Shown: in pieces, positions 38,433-47,705 of the stretch
Layout of the letters: every line of letters starts with the position of its first letter
How positions within the stretch are numbered: the first letter of the stretch is position 1
NCBI GenBank assembly: GCA_000434035.1
Contig: FR893523.1
Span: 169,276-233,275 of the forward strand
Reading direction: 5' to 3'
Source: Clostridium sp. CAG:452
GTDB taxonomy: Bacteria > Bacillota > Clostridia > TANB77 > CAG-508
Length of the DNA stretch: 64,000 nucleotides
Translations under genes and position numbers: made by a program
Notes under the pieces: model-generated
The model's database searches: none
Seen by the model: only the letters and a program-made list of their open reading frames with translations
What the model was told of the DNA's origin: nothing

Positions 38433-41400
38433 TAAATGTACAAGAAAATTTTAAAATTGACTTAAGAACGTACGGCAGGCAATTTAATATAAAATTAAAA
38501 GTAAATAATTCTGATTTTAATGCAGATAATTTAAATTATATAAAACCTTCATTTACTACACCCTTATTCAAAACAATAATGCATCAAATAGAACTTGATT
38601 CAAAGGTATTCATGTCCAAAGGCACTAAAATTAGCGGAAGAATAGGGGTAAAAGTTAATGAAAAGAACTATAAATATATTGATTTAAATAATTATTATGT
38701 ACAAAGTTGTGAAAGACAAGAAGATACAAATTCATATAGAGTTTTGGCATATAGCAAAATGAAAGAAGCTATGGTTGACTATGATTTGAGCTTTGCAGGA
38801 AAGATAACTGTTAGAAATTATCTAATAAAAGTATGTGAAAGATTAGGCTGGAATACTGATAATATTCCAGCCACTTTTATTAACTCTGAAAAAATGATAG
38901 ATCCTAATTTACATACAGGAATAAAATATAGTTTTAGAGATGCTTTAGATGAAATTGCAACAATTACATGTAGTTTCTTAATGTTTAAGGGAGATAATTT
39001 TTATTTATTATATTTAACAGAAACAAACGAGACAATTGATGAGAGTTATCTAGATGAGGACAATGTTACGATAGGGGAAAAATATCTTATAAATTCATTA
39101 GTATTTAGCAGAGCTGAAGAAAGCGATAATATTTACAGAAAAGATAATACAAGCATTACTGCAAATGGGTTGCATGAATATAGAATAGCAGATTGTCAAT
39201 TATTAAGTACAAATGATAGAGCTGATTATATAGATGAAATGTTTAACTATTTAAAAACATTGGAATTTTATATTTTTGATGTTCAAAGTAAAGGAATTTT
39301 ATTTTTAGAGGCGTGTGATTTGTTTAATTTTAAATTGAACAATACAACATATAAAGTAGCTTTGCTAAATGATGAAATAAACATAGATGATGGATTAACA
39401 GAGAACTTGTTTTTAGAAAAACCAGAAGAAACTGAAACAGAATATAAATATGCAGATAGTACAGACAAGAAGATAAATCAAACATATATATTAGTTGATA
39501 AGCAGAATCAAAGAATAACCCAACTAACCGAAGAAACAACAGAAAATTCTCAAAAGCTAACCAAAACAGAACAAGACGTAAATGGATTAACTACAAAAGT
39601 ATCATCAGTAGAGCAATCAGTAGAAAACATAACAAATACACAAAACACAGCTACAGGAAAGAATATACACTTAGAAGATAGTAGCGATGACCCATTAGTA
39701 AGTATAAAAGTAAAAGGCTCGACAAGCCAAGCTACAAGGAGTGAAAATAACTTATTAAATGTTACAGCAAAAACAACTACAACACAAGGGCTAACATTTA
39801 CAGTAAATGAAGATAAATCAATCACTATAAACGGAACTAATACTGGCACTGGAACTTACTATTTTAGAATAGCCAATAACTTTGTATTATCTGCAGGGGA
39901 CTATACTTTAAGCAATAAAAATTCAAGCGTAAATAATAATTCTGGTTTTATTTTTTATGACGATGGAAATAATTTTCCAAGAACAAATATAAGTAATGCA
40001 ACATTTACAAAAGATACAACAATAAAACCTTATTTAAAAGTTAATGCAGGTGTAACAGTAAATAACCAAACAGTTTATCCAATGATAATAAAAGGAACAT
40101 ATACAGAAGAAACACTTCCACCATACGAACAATACGGAGCAAGTCCAAGTCCAGATTACCCAAGTCCAATAGAAAATGTAGAAGGAAAGAATAAGCTAGA
40201 TTACAAAACAGTTTCAAATACTCCTAATACAGTTGTCTCATTGATAGAAAATGGATTTAATGTAAAAGGAAATTATGCAGGAAAAATTGTTGTAAATGGT
40301 TTAAAACAAAACACAGATTATAATCTGCAATATATTTTACAAAATATTACAGGAAATACGCATAATGTAACTATATTTGCAAATCAAGAAACTACAACAA
40401 TAATAAAGATGTTTTCAACTCTTACAGGTGGTAAATTTAATACTGGAAACTATACAGAAATAAATATATGGTTCTATGCAAATTTGGGTCAGCAAGGAGA
40501 AGCTAATTTTACTAATATTCAGTTAGAAGAAGGCACAGTAGCAACAGATTATGTACCATATAATTCTCTAGAGATAAAAGATGTAGGAGAGAACTTGTTT
40601 GATATAAATAATAGATTACAAGGCACAATAAATAATGACGGGGATTTAGAATTTACTACTAACACAAATAAATTTTATGAATACGATTTTAAAGAGAATA
40701 CTCAATATACATTAAGTGCATTTGTTAGAAATACAAATACAACAGGCAATGTAAGGTTAAGAATATGGTATACCGATAAAACTAATAGTGGAGAGGTTTT
40801 ATTAAATAGAACAACTGAATATAAATACTTAACATTTACGAGTTTAGCAAACAAAACTATTGATTATATATCTGTAAATTATGGTTCTTCGGGAAATATG
40901 TATATAAAAAATGGTGAGTTAAGCATTGTTGAAGGCACAACAGCAAAAACATATAAACCATACCAAGAACAAAAAGTAGATTTTCCGCTATCAGAAGGAC
41001 AAAAATTATATGAAGGCTCTTATTTAGCAAGTGATGGAATACATCATAAGAGAAAACAGATTATCCTTACAGGCAATGAAAATTGGGTATTAACATCTAC
41101 TGGTAATCAAGTCTTAACAAAAAGATTTAGTGCACAAATGACTTCTCCTGCTATGAAGTTGAATAGTCAAAACAACGCTACATGTACACATTTTATTAAT
41201 ATTGATGATTCTACTAAAGATGTAGAAAGTATTTATTTTGCACCGCTAGTAGGCATTACATATATGGCATTAAGAATGGATATAAATAAAGTGAGTACAG
41301 TTGAAGAATTAAAATCTTATTTAGCAACTCAATATGCAAATGGTACACCAGTAATTGTAGAATACGAACTAGCAACAGAGGAAATAGTACCTTACACCAC

Positions 41401-42964
41401 CGAACAGCAAGAAGCTTGGGATAAGATAGAACAATTACATACATATAAAAACGTAACAAATATATTTAGTGACACAGAATTAGATATAGTTTACGTTAGA
41501 GATAATGGCTTATCAGATATGTATGAAACAAAGCAAAATGCAAGTAAAAACTATACGAAAACAAGTACAGAGATACAACAATTAGATGATAGCATAAAGA
41601 GAACTATAAGCCAAATAGGAGATAGGTCTCAAAAAATAACAACTGTAACAGAAGACATAGACGGAATAAAAAATGAAGTATCTAACATACAAGATTTAAC
41701 CCAAACGACAAATGGAACAAAGACAATTGTATTAAGTAATTGTGTAAAAGGTAATTTGCTAAAATTACAAATCAAAGGAAATAACACAGTATTTAAATAC
41801 TTGTACCCTTCTGATGATTTGTATCCTTCAGATAACTTACTTCCAATGGGTGACAGCAGAATATTAGTAAATGGAACTGTTTATGAATTAGGAATAACAG
41901 ACGTATTAAGAAAAAACGGAGAAGTTTACGATGAGTTCATTTTAGAAAAGGGACAAGCTAAAGTAATTCGTAGAATAAATACAGATGGAACAGTAAAAAC
42001 AGAGGAAATGACTGAAGATTTAGGTAAATTAAGTATTTCATTAAATGAAGGTACAAACACAATTAAGATACTAAATTATACTGCAGAAATCACTGCTAAA
42101 TATGCTATTAAAAATGATTATACAGATATATTTGCAACTAAAGTTGAAATGAACTCTAGTATAACACAAACAGCTGATGAAATAAACCTTGAAGTAAGAA
42201 AGAAGGTTGATGAAAATGAGGTTATTTCAAAAATTAATCAAAGTGCTGAAGCAATTTCAATTAATGCGGACAAAATAAATTTAAACGGAGCAGTTACAGC
42301 AAATGAAAACTTTAAAATAAAAACAGATGGTTCAATGGAAGCTAAAAATGGAACATTTACTGGTGGGAATATATCATTATCTGGAGGAACAAATCAAAAT
42401 AATGCAAAATTTATTATTGAAGACCCTACTAACAATCAAAAATTTGCTTATATAACACCTAATTCTATTCAAGCTGGAGATAGTTCTGGTAATGATGGAT
42501 ATTTTGCTTTTAATGAAGGAGTTTTAAATGTAGGAAAAGGCAACAACGGAAGTTATTTACAATTGACGCAAAGAGATGATGGAACAAGAGGGAAATTTTA
42601 TATGTCAGTTACAGATGCTTATGTAACACAAGGTTCTATGCACGCATTAGAATATCATTATGATAGTTTGGCAGAAAAGAAAAAAAATATAAAGTTATAT
42701 GAAAAAAATGCTATAAATATAATAAAAAATACAGATGTATATGAATTTAATTATAAATCACAAGAAGATAATTATAAAAAAAATATAGGTTTTGTAATTG
42801 GAGATAATTATAGAACTTCAAAAGAAATATTTACAAATGATAAAGTAGGAATAAATTCATATTCAGTTTTAGGAGTTTTATGGAAAGCAGTAAAAGAACA
42901 ACAAAAACAAATAGAAGAGTTTCAACAAAGATTTAAAAAATTAGAAGGAGGGCAAGATAAATGA
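38429..42964 (+). CDS. Large tail-tip / receptor-binding protein with a C-terminal S74-type intramolecular chaperone domain
   Basis: 1511 aa with an N-terminal tail-associated region and central beta-rich and coiled-coil segments. The C-terminal YEFNYKS...IGFVIGDN...GINSYSVLGVLWKAVKEQQKQIEE resembles the endosialidase-chaperone autoproteolysis domain. Confidence 0.7.
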   Translation: MINVQENFKIDLRTYGRQFNIKLKVNNSDFNADNLNYIKPSFTTPLFKTIMHQIELDSKVFMSKGTKISGRIGVKVNEKNYKYIDLNNYYVQSCERQEDTNSYRVLAYSKMKEAMVDYDLSFAGKITVRNYLIKVCERLGWNTDNIPATFINSEKMIDPNLHTGIKYSFRDALDEIATITCSFLMFKGDNFYLLYLTETNETIDESYLDEDNVTIGEKYLINSLVFSRAEESDNIYRKDNTSITANGLHEYRIADCQLLSTNDRADYIDEMFNYLKTLEFYIFDVQSKGILFLEACDLFNFKLNNTTYKVALLNDEINIDDGLTENLFLEKPEETETEYKYADSTDKKINQTYILVDKQNQRITQLTEETTENSQKLTKTEQDVNGLTTKVSSVEQSVENITNTQNTATGKNIHLEDSSDDPLVSIKVKGSTSQATRSENNLLNVTAKTTTTQGLTFTVNEDKSITINGTNTGTGTYYFRIANNFVLSAGDYTLSNKNSSVNNNSGFIFYDDGNNFPRTNISNATFTKDTTIKPYLKVNAGVTVNNQTVYPMIIKGTYTEETLPPYEQYGASPSPDYPSPIENVEGKNKLDYKTVSNTPNTVVSLIENGFNVKGNYAGKIVVNGLKQNTDYNLQYILQNITGNTHNVTIFANQETTTIIKMFSTLTGGKFNTGNYTEINIWFYANLGQQGEANFTNIQLEEGTVATDYVPYNSLEIKDVGENLFDINNRLQGTINNDGDLEFTTNTNKFYEYDFKENTQYTLSAFVRNTNTTGNVRLRIWYTDKTNSGEVLLNRTTEYKYLTFTSLANKTIDYISVNYGSSGNMYIKNGELSIVEGTTAKTYKPYQEQKVDFPLSEGQKLYEGSYLASDGIHHKRKQIILTGNENWVLTSTGNQVLTKRFSAQMTSPAMKLNSQNNATCTHFINIDDSTKDVESIYFAPLVGITYMALRMDINKVSTVEELKSYLATQYANGTPVIVEYELATEEIVPYTTEQQEAWDKIEQLHTYKNVTNIFSDTELDIVYVRDNGLSDMYETKQNASKNYTKTSTEIQQLDDSIKRTISQIGDRSQKITTVTEDIDGIKNEVSNIQDLTQTTNGTKTIVLSNCVKGNLLKLQIKGNNTVFKYLYPSDDLYPSDNLLPMGDSRILVNGTVYELGITDVLRKNGEVYDEFILEKGQAKVIRRINTDGTVKTEEMTEDLGKLSISLNEGTNTIKILNYTAEITAKYAIKNDYTDIFATKVEMNSSITQTADEINLEVRKKVDENEVISKINQSAEAISINADKINLNGAVTANENFKIKTDGSMEAKNGTFTGGNISLSGGTNQNNAKFIIEDPTNNQKFAYITPNSIQAGDSSGNDGYFAFNEGVLNVGKGNNGSYLQLTQRDDGTRGKFYMSVTDAYVTQGSMHALEYHYDSLAEKKKNIKLYEKNAINIIKNTDVYEFNYKSQEDNYKKNIGFVIGDNYRTSKEIFTNDKVGINSYSVLGVLWKAVKEQQKQIEEFQQRFKKLEGGQDK

Positions 42965-43494
42965 GTTTAGTAAAAACAATATTAACTAAAATTGGATTTG
43001 ATAATGGAAGTCAACCAGCTATAAATGATACTAATTTAAATCAAATGCAAACTAATATACAAACTGCAATAAGCACGTTAGAAACGAATATAGAGAATGC
43101 AATAGTGGACAACCTAACAAGCATAGATTCTAAGAGTTTTTTATCTGCAAAACAAGGAAAAGTGTTGAATGATAAAATTGCAGATACAGGATGGGTAAAT
43201 TTGACATTAAGTAATGGATGGGAAAATCTGGGCGGAAATTATCCACCTGCTCAATATAGGAAGATTGGAAAGCAAGTATTTCTAAGAGGATTAATAAAGA
43301 ATAATTCTTCTAATACTACAACGCTATTAAATCTTGATAGCTCAATAAAACCTCTTAAGACAAATTACACTATTACAACTGAATCTGATGTAGTAAAACC
43401 TGCGTATGTTGAAGCATCTGGAATTATTAATATAGCAAGCTACACGAAAGGTAATTGGGTAAATTTAGGAAATATATCTTATTTTATAGATTGA
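42961..43494 (+). CDS. Tail-fibre-associated protein
   Basis: 177-aa ORF overlapping the previous stop. Assignment by position. Confidence 0.4.
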   Translation: MSLVKTILTKIGFDNGSQPAINDTNLNQMQTNIQTAISTLETNIENAIVDNLTSIDSKSFLSAKQGKVLNDKIADTGWVNLTLSNGWENLGGNYPPAQYRKIGKQVFLRGLIKNNSSNTTTLLNLDSSIKPLKTNYTITTESDVVKPAYVEASGIINIASYTKGNWVNLGNISYFID

Positions 43495-43586
43495 GAGCAA
43501 GAACAAATAGAATAACTAAAAAAAGAAAATAACCTTATGCAAAAAAAATAAAAAAATTAGAAAATGAGCAAAAGGGGTGAGAAAAG

Positions 43587-43919
43587 TTGGACAATACGGA
43601 AGTGTTAGAAAGAGTGATAAAAGTAGAACAGAGTGATAAATCTGCACATCACAGACTAGATGAACATGAACAACAAATCAATGAACTGAAGAAAACATAT
43701 TCAATAATGGAAAAAATGGCTTATAGGATGGAAAATGTTGAAAAAAATGTAGAAGGAATAAAAGAAAAACTTGACAAACATGACAAAGCCATATCTGAAG
43801 AAGCAAACAAAGATGATAAAGAAAAAAGCAAAAAATGGGACAAAGTAATAGATTATTTGTTCTATTTTATTTTGGCTGCTTTATTGGCTTATATAGCCAA
43901 TAAAATAGGAATAAATTAA
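43587..43919 (+). CDS. XhlA-like lysis-associated membrane protein
   Basis: Coiled-coil N-terminus plus a C-terminal TM segment (VIDYLFYFILAALLAYIA). It sits immediately before the holin and amidase genes. Confidence 0.55.
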   Translation: MDNTEVLERVIKVEQSDKSAHHRLDEHEQQINELKKTYSIMEKMAYRMENVEKNVEGIKEKLDKHDKAISEEANKDDKEKSKKWDKVIDYLFYFILAALLAYIANKIGIN

Positions 43920-43932
43920 AGGAGGAATTTTT

Positions 43933-44133
43933 ATGGAAAAAATAAAAAAAATAGCAAAATATGCGACAAACATACTAGCAATAGTGAGTGCATTAGTAGC
44001 AGGAATTAATGCAGTAGAAGGAATAACAATACCTTACGCAATACAAATAGTACAAATTATAGCAGTTGTACAAGGAGTAATAGGTACATACTTATTAGGA
44101 CAAAAAGCCATAGCTGAAAAGGAGGAAAAATAG
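43933..44133 (+). CDS. Holin
   Basis: 66 aa with two hydrophobic segments and a charged C-terminus. It sits directly upstream of the endolysin. Confidence 0.6.
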   Translation: MEKIKKIAKYATNILAIVSALVAGINAVEGITIPYAIQIVQIIAVVQGVIGTYLLGQKAIAEKEEK

Positions 44134-44134
44134 T

Positions 44135-45013
44135 ATGAATATAATTGAAAGGACTTACTCGTTGAATGGAGGATTAAGTAATAGAAATACAACTAATAGA
44201 ATTATATTACATCATGCTGCAGTGTCAAATTGCTCAGCAGATGATGTAGATAGATGGCATAAAAACAAAGGCTGGACATGCATTGGATATCATTTCTTTG
44301 TAAGAAAAGATGGGGTTATATATAGAGGAAGAAGAGAAGGGGCTGTCGGAGCACATGCTTATGGATCTAATACAGATAGTATTGGAATTTGTGCTGAAGG
44401 CAACTTTGAAAATGAAACAATGGGAGATGTACAAAAACAAGCGTTAAAAGAATTAGTTGCATACTTAAAAAATAAATATGTTATTACTAAAGTTCAAAGG
44501 CATAGAGACGTAAATGCAACAGCTTGTCCTGGAAAGAACTATCCTTTTGAAGAAATTGCAAATGCTACTGTTAAATCTATTGAAAACAAACCTATCGAAA
44601 ATAAAACAGAAGGTTATTTAGTTAAAGTGACAGCAAATGCTTTAAATATAAGAGCAGGAGCAGGTACTAATTATAATATAGTAGGTTGTATTAGAGATAA
44701 AGGAACATATACTATAATAGAAACACAAGGGAACTGGGGAAAATTAAAATCTGGTGCTGGATGGATTTGTTTAGACTATACTAATAAAAAAAATAGTGAA
44801 GTACAAAACTCTTCAAGATATGTTTTAGGAAAGTATGTAGTAAATACTAAATCAGGATTAAATGTTAGAAGCGGAGCTGGTACTAATTATAAAATTGTAA
44901 AAACATATATTAATGGAACAAGATTTGATACTTATGAAATTAAAGGTAATTGGGCAAAAACTCCAAGCGGTTGGGTTTGTTTAGATTATTGCAAATTAGT
45001 GAATAAGTACTAA
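44135..45013 (+). CDS. Endolysin: N-acetylmuramoyl-L-alanine amidase (PGRP/amidase_2) with two SH3-like wall-binding repeats
   Basis: ILHHAA...GYHFFVRKDG...AHAYGSNTDSIGICAEGN...HRDVNATACPG. This is followed by two repeats of ALNIRAGAGTNY...GNWGKL / GLNVRSGAGTNY...GNWAKT. Confidence 0.9.
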   Translation: MNIIERTYSLNGGLSNRNTTNRIILHHAAVSNCSADDVDRWHKNKGWTCIGYHFFVRKDGVIYRGRREGAVGAHAYGSNTDSIGICAEGNFENETMGDVQKQALKELVAYLKNKYVITKVQRHRDVNATACPGKNYPFEEIANATVKSIENKPIENKTEGYLVKVTANALNIRAGAGTNYNIVGCIRDKGTYTIIETQGNWGKLKSGAGWICLDYTNKKNSEVQNSSRYVLGKYVVNTKSGLNVRSGAGTNYKIVKTYINGTRFDTYEIKGNWAKTPSGWVCLDYCKLVNKY

Positions 45014-45498
45014 AAACACCCTAAAATCAAGCCATACAACTACTCTAATCAAAAATAAAAAGAGCTTAGAAACGATTTTGAAAGGCCGAATTTTGGGCAA
45101 AATTTAGAAGAAAAATAGATTTTATTATCAGAACAAAATTATGCTATGTTATATTTTTTTTAATAACAATTATTCTTTTTTTAAATCTATTATTATAAAA
45201 TAATTGGCTTTGGCACAAACATATAATAAAAAGAAAACTTGAAAAATAAAAATATTAACATTAAAAATTAATTTTAAAATATTCTATAACTCCTTTCTCT
45301 TTAAAAAATTTTGCAAAAAAAGAGACCAAAGATTTCTCTTTGATCTCTTTCTCTTCATAATTAAATATTATTACTTATTTTTAAAAAAGTAAATGTTCCT
45401 TTTTGTATACTTTTTGTCATCTTTGTAAATTTATTAAAAATAAAATAAGAAAAAAGAAGCTAGTTCTGGCTTAATTTCAAGGAAATTAATTTTTATAC

Positions 45499-45528
45499 TT
45501 TACATTTTGTAAAAAAGTATGTTAAAAT
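45499..45528 (+). promoter_or_regulatory. Possible promoter of the att-proximal accessory operon
   Basis: TTTACA, a 17-18 nt spacer, then TAAAAT, about 80 nt before ATG 45610. Confidence 0.35.
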
Positions 45529-45609
45529 GTTAATGAAATAAATAATTATAAATTTTAGTCTATTTTTATTAATATTGAACATACTATTAATAAAGATGGA
45601 GGAAAGTTT

Positions 45610-45831
45610 ATGAAAAAAATTATTATTTTATTATTAAATGAAAATGGAGATATAGAAATCATGAATAAAAATATTGAATTAGATGAAAAAACTATGAAAG
45701 ATATTTTTGAAACTTACAAAAAATTAAATATTAAAGAATTAGATAAAAAGGATAATAATAACACTTCGATATTTAGATATGATTATACAAAAAAATCTTC
45801 ATTGGATATAAGCAGTTTTGCAAAAGTATAG
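45610..45831 (+). CDS. Hypothetical small protein (73 aa), first gene of the accessory pair
   Basis: Strong RBS GGAGGA 6 nt before the ATG. The stop lies 8 nt before the next gene. I recognise no family. Confidence 0.45.
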   Translation: MKKIIILLLNENGDIEIMNKNIELDEKTMKDIFETYKKLNIKELDKKDNNNTSIFRYDYTKKSSLDISSFAKV

Positions 45832-45839
45832 GAGATAAT

Positions 45840-46736
45840 ATGTCAAATTGGAATGAAATACTAAAAGAATTAAAGAGTCAAGATCCAGGTGTGCCATTAG
45901 ATATCGTAAGAAGAAAATATATAAAGAAACTATATAAACTAACTGGAAGGAATGTAATATGTTATTATTCTGGTTTTTTATTTAATCATAATCACCCAGA
46001 TACAGGAATTAATGATACAGATGTTAGCGGTTTTATGACGGCGATACATAAATTAGATAAAACAAAAGGATTGGATTTAATTTTACATACTCCAGGAGGA
46101 GAAGTAGCAGCCACCGAAGCAATAGGTAATTATTTAAAGGCTGTTTTTAAAGATGACATAAGAGTTATTGTTCCCCAAGTAGCCATGTCAGGAGGAACAA
46201 TGCTTTCTTGTATAGGAAAAGAAATAATTATGGGTAAACATTCTAGTATTGGACCAGTTGATCCTCAATTTGGAGGTATACCATGTTATGGAGTTATACA
46301 AGAATTTGAAAAAGCAAAAAAGGATATAATAGAAAATCCATCAACGATACCTATCTGGCAAATGATTATCAAAAAATATCATCCTACATTTATTGGACAA
46401 TGTTATAAGGCAATAGAATTGTCAAACGAGCTAATTCAAGATTGGCTAGAAAAAGGTAAGATGTTTGAAAATGTTGAAGATAAAGAAGCTAAAATAGAAA
46501 GTATCATAACTTTTCTGAATAATAATAAAGAAACTAAGATACATTCAAGGCATATTAGCAATGAAAAGGCTAAAGAAATAGGCTTGAAAATAGTTGATTT
46601 GGAAGAAAATGATAGTTTTCAAGATGCAGTCTTATCTATTCATCATTGTTATATGCATACATTTTCAAATTCAAATGCAGTTAAAATTATAGAAAATCAT
46701 AATGGAATTGCAACAATAGCAAATTCAAGACAATAA
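45840..46736 (+). CDS. ClpP-fold serine protease of the SDH ('serine dehydrogenase proteinase') / S49-like type
   Basis: LILHTPGGEVAATEAIGNYL...VPQVAMSGGTMLSCIGKEIIMGKHSSIGPVDPQ matches the characteristic core of this family. The RBS is AGGAG. Confidence 0.65.
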   Translation: MSNWNEILKELKSQDPGVPLDIVRRKYIKKLYKLTGRNVICYYSGFLFNHNHPDTGINDTDVSGFMTAIHKLDKTKGLDLILHTPGGEVAATEAIGNYLKAVFKDDIRVIVPQVAMSGGTMLSCIGKEIIMGKHSSIGPVDPQFGGIPCYGVIQEFEKAKKDIIENPSTIPIWQMIIKKYHPTFIGQCYKAIELSNELIQDWLEKGKMFENVEDKEAKIESIITFLNNNKETKIHSRHISNEKAKEIGLKIVDLEENDSFQDAVLSIHHCYMHTFSNSNAVKIIENHNGIATIANSRQ

Positions 46737-46768
46737 AGACTAGACACATCTAGTCTTTTATTTTTTTC
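46736..46768 (+). terminator. Terminator after the protease gene
   Basis: AAGACTAG-ACACAT-CTAGTCTT followed by TTATTTTTTT. Confidence 0.55.
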
Positions 46769-46879
46769 AAAACACAATTCGACAAACTTTTCAAAAACAA
46801 TATGCTATAATAATTAAGTATTTAGAAATAAATACTGTGGGGGCTGTAGGAAAAAACAGCAAAGACTAGCTGAGAGAGG

Positions 46880-47203
46880 CTAGTCTTCATTCATTTTAAT
46901 ATTAATCAGCAAATCAATAACTTGTGACACTTCTAAAACTTCTTTTGAATTTATTCCGTATTTATCTATTCTACGATACATTTCTTCTTTTAAGTTTTCT
47001 ATATCTAATTCAGAGTAAAACAAATCATCAACTTTAACCTCAAGAGCATTTGCTATCTTATACATAGTTTTAAGAGAAGAATTAAATTTTTTATTGTTCT
47101 CTAGTTCAACTAAATATGTTCGAGCAATATTTGTCATTTTACTTAATTGATATATAGTCAAAGATTTTTTTAATCTAATATTTTTAATTACGAATACAAA
47201 CAT
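46880..47203 (-). CDS. XRE-family HTH regulator
   Basis: LKKSLTIYQLSKMTNIARTYLVELENNKK HTH. The probable ATG at 47203 lies 6 nt after AGAGGT; the track start at 47233 lacks an RBS. Confidence 0.75.
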   Translation of the reverse strand: MFVFVIKNIRLKKSLTIYQLSKMTNIARTYLVELENNKKFNSSLKTMYKIANALEVKVDDLFYSELDIENLKEEMYRRIDKYGINSKEVLEVSQVIDLLINIKMNED

Positions 47204-47320
47204 AAAATTACCTCTAAAAATTATTATGTCCATATTTTAATACAATTATTTTTTTATTTCTACGTGTCGCTGGTAGCGACATATTGAACTTCTGTAACCA
47301 TTGCAAAAAGCCAATTTTAT

Positions 47321-47389
47321 TTTGTCGAATTTCTCAAAATCATTGTGAGAGTAATATTTTGTCGAACGATTTTCCTTGACTTTGTCGAA
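47321..47389. promoter_or_regulatory. Three direct TTTGTCGAA repeats (candidate operator sites of the XRE regulator)
   Basis: TTTGTCGAA occurs at 47321, 47358 and 47381. The third copy overlaps a promoter. Confidence 0.5.
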
Positions 47390-47404
47390 AAAGGTAAATA
47401 TAAT
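47376..47404 (+). promoter_or_regulatory. Consensus promoter in front of micro-ORF 47451
   Basis: TTGACT (47376-47381), a 17-nt spacer, then TATAAT (47399-47404). Confidence 0.5.
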
Positions 47405-47450
47405 TTAACTAGATTAAGAAACGCGTTTCTCTGATAAGGAGAAAAATAAA

Positions 47451-47621
47451 ATGGAAAAATTAATTGTAGAAAATTTATGTAAAAATTTAAAGTGGTATGA
47501 AAGAGTTGTTGTAAAATTATTTAGCAAGACTTTTGTTAAAGTGTTTCATATAGGAAGAATAACTATATTTAATAAAAAACTAGAAGACATAAGATTATCT
47601 TCTAGCAATAAATTGTTCTAA
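47451..47621 (+). CDS. Hypothetical 56-aa protein
   Basis: ATG lies 9 nt after AAGGAG. I read it manually as MEKLIVENLCKNLKWYERVVVKLFSKTFVKVFHIGRITIFNKKLEDIRLSSSNKLF. It is the last ORF before attR. Confidence 0.4.
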   Translation: MEKLIVENLCKNLKWYERVVVKLFSKTFVKVFHIGRITIFNKKLEDIRLSSSNKLF

Positions 47622-47650
47622 TTTCAGTCTTAAACAAGGAAGGTAGCAGG

Positions 47651-47664
47651 TCTTCGCTACCAAT
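47651..47664. repeat. attR core
   Basis: TCTTCGCTACCAAT is identical to the tRNA 3' end at 12247-12260. It is preceded by GGTAGC, which forms an inverted repeat with GCTACC. Confidence 0.7.
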
Positions 47665-47696
47665 AAAAAACAGTAGATATTCATCTACTGTTTTTT
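47665..47696 (+). terminator. Displaced original terminator of the tRNA-Met gene
   Basis: CAGTAGAT-ATTC-ATCTACTG flanked by an A-run and a T-run (bidirectional). Confidence 0.7.
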
Positions 47697-47705
47697 GTCG
47701 TTTTG

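Larger units (their letters stand above)
12247..47664. mobile_element. Integrated temperate siphovirus-type prophage (about 35.4 kb) in the 3' end of tRNA-Met
   Basis: It is bounded by the 14-bp direct repeat TCTTCGCTACCAAT (12247-12260 and 47651-47664). It contains a contiguous set of lysogeny, replication/recombination, packaging, head, tail and lysis modules. The displaced tRNA terminator sits just after attR. Confidence 0.85.

Noticed and set aside
41806-41845. Short tandem duplication TACCCTTCTGATGATTTG / TATCCTTCAGATAACTTA
   Set aside because: It lies in frame in the tail-tip protein (LYPSDDLYPSDNL). It is a two-unit peptide duplication of no evident independent significance.
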